DNA of 13,211 bases, taken from the NCBI RefSeq assembly GCF_006345805.1, contig NW_021826296.1, positions 1 to 13,211 on the forward strand. The letters run 5' to 3'. This document shows, one piece after another, positions 1 to 7,553 of the stretch; position 1 is the stretch's first letter, and each line of letters opens with the position of its first letter. The notes under the pieces are model-generated. The model made no database searches, had not been told where the DNA came from, and worked only from the letters and a program-made list of their open reading frames with translations. The translations under genes were made by a program, and so were the position numbers. This DNA is from Octopus sinensis (Eukaryota).

Positions 1-182
1 TATATAAGCACACACACACATATAGTTATGTTATATTCCGTTCGGAACGTGACAGAGTACAGTATAAAGCTCGTCCACCCTCAGGATTACCCAGTACTAT
101 CCGGTAACATTATTATATACTTCCAAGTTTACGTTTGGGCATTCGGCGTGTGTGAATATAAAATATAAAAAGGTATATGCAA

Positions 183-514
183 ATGTTTGTTAACATAATG
201 CGATCTAGTTGTGCTTCCTCGGGGGATATTCTAGTGTTGTCTAAGTTAGCTTAAAATCTTTGACTTCAAGGCCATCCGAGCCATCCATCATAGTTTGAAT
301 TTAGTAGTAGCTGGTAGATTCATGTTGTATGCTGCCGTGGTGCGTTTGACGGACTGCCAAACGCACTCTGGCAGCAAACAACATGAATCTACCACCAACT
401 ACTAAATTCAAACCAAGACGGATGGAAGGGATGGCTTTGAAGTTAAACTAAGGGAGACAACACTAGAATATCACCTGAGGAAACACAACTAGATCTCATT
501 ATGCAAAGAAACAT
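183..514. repeat. Long foldback (imperfect palindrome), MITE-like
   Basis: Arm 183-348 (ATGTTT..CATAATGCGATCTAGTTGTG...GTGCGTTTG) is the reverse complement of arm 358-514 (CAAACGCAC...CACAACTAGATCTCATTATG..AAACAT), with scattered mismatches and indels. The loop is 9 nt (349-357). Confidence 0.9.
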
Positions 515-531
515 GTATATATATATATATA

Positions 532-922
532 TCTATATATATATATAAAACTGTAGTTGTGTGAGTGTCTGCCCTTCGATTTAGATTCCTAACTACTCCC
601 ACTTTTGCGATGCGTTTAACCAAAACCGGGTATCTTATAGTCGTGGTTCATATCAAGCCCTCTGGGTATTAGCGCGCGTCTACGATGATTCTACGATTTA
701 AAAATAATTTACCATCATTTTTTTCCATTTTAAGGCATATATTTTTAAATGAGGGAAGTAACTCTCTAAAATGTCTACGATGCGTCAACGATTAAAAAAA
801 AAAATTACCATATTTTTTTTCCATTTTAATGCATTTTTTGATATTTTTTGGCTATAACTCTCTAAAAATGCTTTATAGTTATTTCCCTTACAAACCCGAG
901 CAACGCCGGGCGATACTGCTAG
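532..922 (+). mobile_element. Non-autonomous Helitron
   Basis: 5' TC at 532-533 follows an A. The 3' hairpin CCCG-agcaacgc-CGGG (895-910) is followed by CTAG (919-922) and then T, giving an A|T insertion with no TSD. There is an internal ~95-bp tandem duplication (678-772 / 773-870). Confidence 0.8.
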
Positions 923-1010
923 TATATATATATATAAATACATATATATATATATATATAAATACATATATATATATATCAAGATATATATATATATATA
1001 TATATTATAT

Positions 1011-1173
1011 TTTTTTTTTTTCTCCTTGTTTTTTCTGTGTCCCTTTTTGTAGAAGAGCGTAGGCTCGAAACGTAAAAGTCTTTTTCTATTCCCGAGCGTT
1101 ATACTAATATATCTGTTTGTTTTGTACACCACCTGTCTTCGTCTTTTGTTTTTTTCTTTGTAAACTCTCCCTA
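1011..1173 (+). mobile_element. Dispersed repeat, copy A (probable Penelope-like terminal-repeat remnant with degenerate hammerhead motif)
   Basis: Aligns with the reverse complement of 2755-2940 and 2222-2435. Contains cttt-TTGTAGA-A-GAGC-gtag-GCTC-GAAA-CGTA-aaag (1043-1078). Confidence 0.6.
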
Positions 1174-1456
1174 CCGATCGACATTACGAAGATTGGCGCA
1201 CCAGCTCCCAGCAGCAATAATAAATAGTCCAGTTGAAATCTAATGGGTTTAATTTCTTAGGAAGTTTTGACTGACGCCAGTATAATAATATAATACAGAA
1301 TTCTGTGTGTGACTATTACCTGAGAATGTACATTCAGAAAGTTTTAAAAAATAAAAGAAAGCTATATTCGTCCTATAGACGATGACGACCTGTATATACA
1401 TACATATTATATAACATACACAACACACACACACCACACCACACACAACACACAAC

Positions 1457-1487
<31 letters not shown>

Positions 1488-1559
1488 ATATATATATATT
1501 ATATATATATTATATAAACCACACACATACGCACACACGTAAATACGTATATATAAATA

Positions 1560-1678
1560 CTAGCTGAATAGCCGTCGTTGTCGGGCAATTTTTACAATAT
1601 CTTATATAAATTTCTGTTTATTCCATGTCAGACCATGCCTTCCCCGACATACAAAAAGACACACACACGATTTTTAGA
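1560..1678 (-). mobile_element. Very short non-autonomous Helitron
   Basis: The minus strand reads A|TCTAAAAATCGTGTGTGTGTC...GCCCGACAACGACGGC-tattcag-CTAG|T. This gives a TC start, an imperfect 3' hairpin (1571-1586), a CTAG end and an A|T target. The 5' boundary is less certain. Confidence 0.65.
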
Positions 1679-1687
1679 TTAGCTGAA

Positions 1688-1860
1688 ATGTGTTTGTGAC
1701 ATATTTGAACTTCTAAAGGCAAATCCACTGTAGTTACCACCGAGGAAAAAAAAATTCTCTCTTATAGTAAACGGTGAAAAAACACCAAAAGAAAAATGTT
1801 TTTCTCCACGTTAACTGCAGCGAATTTGCCTTTGGAAACTGAAATATGTCACAAACATAT
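1688..1860. repeat. Imperfect inverted repeat (~50-bp arms)
   Basis: TGTTTGTGACATATTT...AAAGGCAAATCCACTGTAGTTA (1691-1737) pairs with TAACTGCAGCGAATTTGCCTTT...AAATATGTCACAAACA (to 1857). It is followed by a 16-17-bp tandem duplication CCTAA(A)GTTCGGTAATG (1870-1902). Confidence 0.75.
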
Positions 1861-1929
1861 CTGAACAAACCTAAAGTTCGGTAATGCCTAAGTTCGGTAA
1901 TGGCGCTGATTCTACTGAATATATATATA

Positions 1930-2158
1930 CAGGGCGACTCAAAAGTAGGTTTATAGTTATTCAACTATGTCTTTCGCATTCATATATTAACAGTTTAGAT
2001 CTTAATTATAAAAATATATGAAACCATTATTCTATGCTAGTTAATTTTGTCAAGCTCCCTTTTCAGCTTGTAAGATAGAAATTTAAATGTAATGAAATGT
2101 TTTAAAAGAAATTTAAAGTGCCTACATGATAACTATAACCTACTTTTGGGCCATCCTG
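1930..2158. mobile_element. Tc1/mariner-type MITE (229 bp)
   Basis: ~30-bp imperfect TIRs (CAGGGCGACTCAAAAGTAGGTTTATAGTTAT / ATAACTATAACCTACTTTTGGGCCATCCTG) flanked by TA at 1928-1929 and 2159-2160. No ORF. Confidence 0.85.
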
Positions 2159-2196
<38 letters not shown>

Positions 2197-2221
2197 ATAT
2201 AATATATATATATATTATATA

Positions 2222-2435
2222 TAACGGGAATCTTTATGAAAATAAACAAAAGACGAAGCAGGTGGAAAACAACGAACAATTGTATTAGTAATGGCGCTCA
2301 GAAAATATAAATAAAACAAGTCTTTAACGTTTCAGCCTACGCTCTTCAACAGAAAGATACACAGAGAGAGAAAAACACAGAAAGAGGAGAGAAAAAAATG
2401 CGTGCAGTAGCTAACGAATCAACATGGCGATCTGA
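2222..2435 (-). mobile_element. Dispersed repeat, copy B (probable Penelope-like remnant with degenerate hammerhead motif)
   Basis: Similar to copies A and C. Minus strand 2356-2322 reads cttt-CTGTTGA-A-GAGC-gtag-GCT-GAAA-CGTT-aaag. Confidence 0.55.
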
Positions 2436-2653
2436 TTTCGGCCAGAGGTCAAAGATCAAACATGAGACGCGGAGCGAAATAAGGGGAGATAATAGGGTTG
2501 ATAAAAGGTTGAGGGACCAGCTAAAATGCGTGGGAGGGTTCTGGATGTGGTGTATGTATAGGGTTGGTGTATGTATTAGTATGTATAAGGGTGTGTGTGT
2601 GTGTGTGTGTGTGTATGAGAGAGTATTAGTGCGTAGGTTGGTCTGGACGTGCG

Positions 2654-2729
<76 letters not shown>

Positions 2730-2754
2730 TGTGTATGTATGTATGTATGTATAT

Positions 2755-2940
2755 AGGGAGAGTTTACGAAAAATAAAAACAAAAGACCAAGACAGTGCTG
2801 TACAAAACAACAAATGTATTAGTATAACGCTCAGGAATAGAAAACGTCTTTTACGTTTCGAGCCTATGTTCTTCTACAGAAGGGACCAGAAAAAACAAGG
2901 AGAGAAAAAATGTGTGTAGTGGTAACGATCTATCATGACG
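2755..2940 (-). mobile_element. Dispersed repeat, copy C (probable Penelope-like remnant with degenerate hammerhead motif)
   Basis: Collinear with the reverse complement of copy A over ~160 bp. Minus strand 2883-2848 reads cctt-CTGTAGA-A-GAAC-atag-GCTC-GAAA-CGTA-aaag. Confidence 0.6.
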
Positions 2941-2973
<33 letters not shown>

Positions 2974-2999
2974 TACATATGCATACATATCATTATTAA

Positions 3000-3061
<62 letters not shown>

Positions 3062-3758
3062 TATATATATGTAATATATATTATATATATATATTATAAT
3101 ACGGCAAATAAGAAAAACGGAGATGATATAAAATCGACAGACATCAGCCGGTAAACATTCCTGTATCTCTATTTGTTCAAATGTATTGGATGAATACACA
3201 CACATGTATGAGTGGTACAGATTAGCGAGTGGAAAAAAACTGGTAACTGCAAAAAAGTGAGTGAATACACATAAGCATATAGAAACAAACGAGCAAATTG
3301 GCAAAAAAACTAAATATGTGTGCAGGTGCTAGTTTCTTACGGCCGTTTCTGCCAAGAGGCAACGAAATCTTCCAGGTTATCTCCATCTCTTATAGTATAT
3401 TATGAGAAGTCTGTACCTTATTTCCCCTTGCTATGCCCACATCATTGTACTATGCTGTACTTCACTTGTATTCTTATTATTATTCTATTCTATTTAAAAG
3501 GATAAATTTTAAAAGAAAAACACACCTTAGCTACTCTTAACTGACTTTTATATGTGTTAGCTCCCCCAACCGCTTAGACCCTCTGAAGAAGCCTAGGGAC
3601 TCATCCCTGCATAACACCGAAGAGATTGTTATAATTGTCATTTTAGTAAATAAATAAATCGACATAATATAATGTCTAAAAGTTGATGATCCACCCTATT
3701 GATCGCCTCCATTTTCTTATTTCTCTCTCTCTCTGTAATATATATATATATAATATAT

Positions 3759-3797
<39 letters not shown>

Positions 3798-3922
3798 CTA
3801 ATTAATTAAGGATTCAGCAACGATTTGCCTCACCTTACTAGAAAGAATAGCCAAAACTTTTCTGCTATTTCTAAATTCGGTGTGTGGTGAGGCAAATCGT
3901 TGCTGAACCCTTAATTAATTAG
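3798..3922. repeat. Short foldback / MITE-like element (125 bp)
   Basis: 37-bp arms, CTAATTAATTAAGGATTCAGCAACGATTTGCCTCACC / GGTGAGGCAAATCGTTGCTGAACCCTTAATTAATTAG, with one mismatch. The spacer holds a second small hairpin (TAGAAAGAATAGC / GCTATTTCTA). Confidence 0.85.
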
Positions 3923-4000
3923 TATTACTAAACCTTCCTTGAATGGGTCTTTTACATGCCGAACTCTACTTGGTGAAATTAATGATTATTTCTAAATTAA

Positions 4001-4021
4001 TAATTTCACCCTATATTATTG

Positions 4022-4058
<37 letters not shown>

Positions 4059-4077
4059 ATAATATAGGGTGAAATTA
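4001..4077. repeat. Perfect 21-bp inverted repeat bracketing a (TA)n tract
   Basis: TAATTTCACCCTATATTATTG (4001-4021) and CAATAATATAGGGTGAAATTA (4057-4077). Confidence 0.85.
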
Positions 4078-4185
4078 ATTAATTGTAGTGGCTAATTTAA
4101 TTTTATTTTTAATTATATAAAATTTTTTATGTATTGGATTAAGTCTTTCTTTGTTTGATTTGCATAATAGTGGCTTTGTCTCTAA

Positions 4186-4223
<38 letters not shown>

Positions 4224-4256
4224 ATATACACACATATATATATATATATATATATA

Positions 4257-4292
<36 letters not shown>

Positions 4293-4322
4293 TACATACA
4301 TACATACATATATACATACATA

Positions 4323-4824
4323 CAGGGTGTCCCAAAAGTCACTGATGGGTTCTTTTTTAATAACTTCCTTAACTTACAAATAATACATTAAACATTGATA
4401 TAATATAAAGGATATAATGGAAATTAAGATGCACTAGTCAAATTTTGCAACACCACTACATCACATATGAGAAATTACATCGCTTAAATGGCAGCCATTT
4501 TCGACTTCGTACACCCGTGCTCTTTCCAAAACTTGTCCTATAACACCCTCAAGAGTTTAAGACCCCACCTCTCTGATTTTTCTATTGATGTTCTCCTTCA
4601 GTTGCACCAGGGTCTCCGGTTTGTTGACGTAGACTCTCTCTTTCAGGTATCCCCACAAGAAAAGTCCGGGCTAGTCAACTTTGGGGAACGTAGATGCCAG
4701 TTGACATTGCTGTAACGGGAGATTATTCTCTCTCCAAAGCACTGCCGTAGCAACTACACTGTTTCTTTTGCAGTATGAGCGGTTGCCCCATCTTGCTGGA
4801 ACCATGTTCAAGGTCTACTTTGAA
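4323..4824 (-). mobile_element. Decayed Tc1/mariner transposon, DD41D (rosa-type), 3' portion with one TIR
   Basis: TA followed by CAGGGTGTCCCAAAAGT at 4321-4339 is a TIR-like end adjoining the transposase remnant. No matching opposite TIR was found in the window. Confidence 0.8.
4461..4804 (-). pseudogene. DD41D transposase C-terminal fragment (stops and a frameshift)
   Basis: Manual translation gives WFQQDGATAHTAKETV*LLRQCFGERIISRYSNVNWHLRSPKLTSPDF/FLWGYLKERVYVNKPETLVQLKENI...ENGCHLSDVISHM*. There are 41 residues between the D of QDG (4792-4790) and the D of PDF (4666-4664). Confidence 0.9.
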
Positions 4825-4908
4825 TAGCCTTCACGTTACCCAGACTTGACTAGCCCAGATTTTATCTTATGAGCTACTTGGGAGGCAGGCTGTTTCTTTA
4901 ACCCGGAG
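4825..4908 (+). pseudogene. Second, oppositely oriented and more degraded transposase fragment
   Basis: Plus strand TAG CCT TCA CGT TAC CCA GAC TTG ACT AGC CCA GAT TTT ATC TTA TGA translates as *PSRYPDLTSPDFIL*, matching the WPxRSPDLTxxDFFLW motif. Confidence 0.7.
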
Positions 4909-4916
4909 TAGTGGTG

Positions 4917-4978
4917 GAAGTCTCTGATGAGAAACAAGGTCATTTTGATCAAATGTCGAAATCACGTGATAAGTTTTT
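4917..4978 (+). ncRNA. Candidate type I hammerhead ribozyme with complete core
   Basis: CUGAUGA at 4924-4930; G4931-C4957 closes stem II; GAAA at 4958-4961; stem III is the palindrome AUCACGUGAU (4961-4970); H17 is A4971; stem I is GAAGUCU/AGUUUUU, which is weak (one U-U and two G-U pairs). Confidence 0.5.
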
Positions 4979-5279
4979 GTCCAAATACTTCATCTCGTGT
5001 GTTTATCTCGCCAGAGAAAGATGTTTTGGCTTGCTCACTCATAATTCCCGTATATCTCATTGAGGTTAGTGCTTTATGTGACTGTTCAAGTTAAATTTTG
5101 ACTCCCATTTCTAGCAATTACCAGTACTATTTTCCATCCTCATTTATTAATATATATATTTGGTATTTAATCATGTCAAAGGGAAATGGAATTTAATTAA
5201 AATTAAAATATTCAATCAAAATTTACATTTCCAGTGGTCTAACGTGCAAAAAAAAAATTAGTCAAGAAGACTATATATT

Positions 5280-5556
5280 AGTTATACGATATAGTGTATA
5301 TTTAAACACATAAGGAATCCACTTATAGGGAATTCAACACGCTAGAAAGAACAGCTAGGTTCTGTAAGCCACAAAAAAAACGGATAAAATTCGACAGGAA
5401 TAAATTTGGAAATGAAAAACATTTACCATCTAGTACCCTGGACCAATTTTATCCGTTATTTTTGTGGTTTACAGAACCTAGCTGGTCTTTCTAGCGTGTT
5501 GAATTCTCTATAAGTGGATTCCTTATGTGTTTAAATATACACTATATCGTATGACT
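5280..5556. mobile_element. Foldback / MITE with 112-bp near-identical arms
   Basis: 5280-5391 is the reverse complement of 5445-5556 with about five substitutions. The spacer is 53 bp and the element is flanked by TA-rich sequence. Confidence 0.85.
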
Positions 5557-5758
5557 TATATATATATATATATTATTATATATATATATATATATATATA
5601 TGAGAGTATTGTAGTTCGCTTGAAGCATTGTGTATTGCTTGTAAAGAATAAAAAGTTTTGAATTGTACAACAATGCACTTTAATACAGACAATGGGCTAA
5701 AGTCGTTAGAAAACCAATTATAGTAGCGACTCCATCTAAGAATATCTGAAGAAGGAAT

Positions 5759-5807
5759 ATTTTACTCTTTTACTTGTTTCAGTCATTTGTCTGCGGCCAT
5801 GCTGGAG
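5759..5807 (-). mobile_element. 3' tail fragment of the SINE family seen at 7914-8363
   Basis: Its reverse complement, CTCCAGCATGGCCGCAGACAAATGACTGAAACAAGTAAAAGAGTAAA, matches 8314-8360. Confidence 0.8.
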
Positions 5808-5810
5808 ATA

Positions 5811-6025
5811 TATATAAAGTTAATCCAAATATGAACAAAGAGAAAACGCAACAACGCGAGGACGTGGAACAAGTATAGTGTTATTGGACGCTCAGGAAAG
5901 GAAAGAAAGAAGGAAGATTTAACGTTTTGAGCGGAGCTCTTCGTCAGAAATATAGAAAAAGGGATAAGTCCAAGGAAGAGAAGACGGAAAAAGAAAATCG
6001 TCAACGTTACACATGTGGTCACAAA
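5811..6025 (-). mobile_element. Dispersed repeat, copy D (related subfamily; hammerhead motif one substitution from consensus)
   Basis: Minus strand 5950-5918 reads ttt-CTGACGA-A-GAGC-tcc-GCTC-AAAA-CGTT-aaa. The flanks are only loosely similar to copies A-C (shared ACGCTCAGGAA). Confidence 0.5.
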
Positions 6026-6446
6026 TATATGATGCTAAGCTGAAAGATGCGAGCCACTTTCTCTATTTGTCTTAAAGACTAAATTTTTTCCAATAACTGC
6101 GCACTCTATATTCTCTAAATCTTTAAACGATTAGGCTTCATTGAAGTTGTCTCCCATGATTTCAGTTGTTTTTTAAAAATATTATTTGTTTTAGGTTTTA
6201 AACATCGTAGAGGAAGATTTTCTCTATTATTTGCATGGATGATCGTGGTTAATCGAAGTTTCTCACTTCACTAGATTATAAATATGAACACCCAACCATA
6301 TCTGCGATTATATGTTTATGTAATGTACACACATATACATCAACACACTCATCCATATATAAATATACGCATACACACACACACACACACACACATAAAT
6401 ACTCACATAGTGACGCGCCCGCACACATATACGCATGTAAGTATAT

Positions 6447-6660
6447 ATGTATGTATGTAGTATGTATGTATGTATGTATGTATGTATGTATGTATGTATG
6501 TATGTATGTATGCATGCATGTGTGTGTGTGTATGTATGTATGTATGTATGTATGTATGTATGTATGCATGCATGCATGTATGTATGTATGTATGCATATA
6601 TGTATGTATGTATGCATATATGTATGTATGTATGTATCTATGTATCTACGTGTGTATGTA
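6447..6660. repeat. (TATG)n-dominated compound microsatellite
   Basis: Direct inspection. It accounts for the MYVC/HTYI ORFs in the track. Confidence 0.95.
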
Positions 6661-6699
6661 TAAGATTTTTTGTATGCCTGCATATTATCTTTTCTTTAG

Positions 6700-6743
6700 A
6701 AATATTTGAATTATTCGTACTAGGAAGAAGTCGGTATCTATGA
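6700..6743 (+). CDS. Weak candidate terminal coding exon of an unknown host gene
   Basis: Acceptor-like TTATCTTTTCTTTAG ends at 6699. The frame reads (x)IFELFVLGRSRYL*, and AATAAA lies at 6785-6790. No protein family was recognised. Confidence 0.2.
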
Positions 6744-7189
6744 AAGAACCAAAGCTACATCAATGAAATTCCGATAACAATAACAATAAATATTAAATGT
6801 TGAACTTTAAAAAAAATGTTCATACTTTTACTTGTTCACTTATTGTATTAGGAAGTACGTCTTAGTTGGTCGCTTCCTTTGTCTGAAATCCTAGCTTTTT
6901 GAAACTGCAGCTTAAACATTTTCTAGCGAAGACCAAATGTACCAATAACACCGTAACACGACTTCTGTTTTTGGGTAGCACTGTTATTTCCTATTTGCTA
7001 ACCCCTAGAAAGCACAAACGAGGCTAATATTTCCTTCAAACTTTGCGTTCGTAACATTTATTCAAACTCTAAAGAATCCCTCTCAACACATGGCTATATT
7101 GCTGCCCCAATACTCCTGCTCATGATCAGAAATGCATCTCTTGTCAGCCACTAAGGAACGTACTCAACTGGAACTAACAGGTCAAGCAA

Positions 7190-7269
7190 CTAGCAATCAA
7201 ATCTGTGGCATAGAGCAGAATATTTGCTATAACGATATTTCTCCTTCAGCAACTCAGCGCTGAATCCAT
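7190..7269 (-). CDS. Candidate terminal coding exon of an unknown host gene
   Basis: The minus strand shows branch-like CTGAC, a pyrimidine tract and CAG (CTGACTTATTTTCCATTACATTTCAG). It then reads (x)GFSAELLKEKYRYSKYSALCHRFDC*, followed by ~400 bp of repeat-free sequence with AATAAA at 7062-7057. Confidence 0.5.
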
Positions 7270-7507
7270 CTGAAATGTAATGGAAAATAAGTCAGTTTCA
7301 AAACATTGATGTCCAGGTCACAAAAGCAAAGTTTGAAAGGAATAGTGGTTACTTTCCTTGATCTCTAGTTAGAAGCAAATAGGAGATAGACAAAATTTGT
7401 TCCATTGAGTAATTGTTGTTAGATACGTGAATTTATAATCATGGTGTATTTAGAAGCTATTATTCATATATATATTTCCTTCTTTCTGATGTTAGAAGTG
7501 ATGTTAA

Positions 7508-7553
7508 CATCTGCATGTCAACGGTCTGCAAATCATCTGCATGTCAACGGTCT
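7508..7553. repeat. 20-bp direct duplication, period 26
   Basis: CATCTGCATGTCAACGGTCT occurs at 7508-7527 and 7534-7553. Confidence 0.9.

Noticed and set aside
40-150. Possible Penelope-like remnant (minus strand GCC-gaat-GCCCAAACGTAAA)
   Set aside because: The resemblance is only partial, with no core and no second copy in the window.
2423-2464. Second hammerhead-like motif upstream of copy B (minus strand GACC-tct-GGCC-GAAA-TCAGATC)
   Set aside because: The 5' core reads TTGATCT rather than CTGANGA, which is too degenerate to claim. It is worth rechecking in a family consensus.
3570-3630. CTGAAGAAGCC...AGGGA-ctca-TCCCT...CCGAAG as a hammerhead
   Set aside because: There is no stem II closing pair next to a GAAA and no stem III or UH site.
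785-4391. ORFs with IYIY runs, including the 173-aa ORF at 2398-2919
   Set aside because: They run through (TA)n tracts and repeat relics, with no protein-like composition or motifs.
5745-5765. CTGAAGAAGG as a hammerhead 5' core
   Set aside because: No GAAA half follows; the sequence runs into a SINE tail.
6195-6274. Plus-strand exon after TTATTTGTTTTAG
   Set aside because: No convincing donor, all frames stop within 80 nt, and the peptides are unrecognisable.
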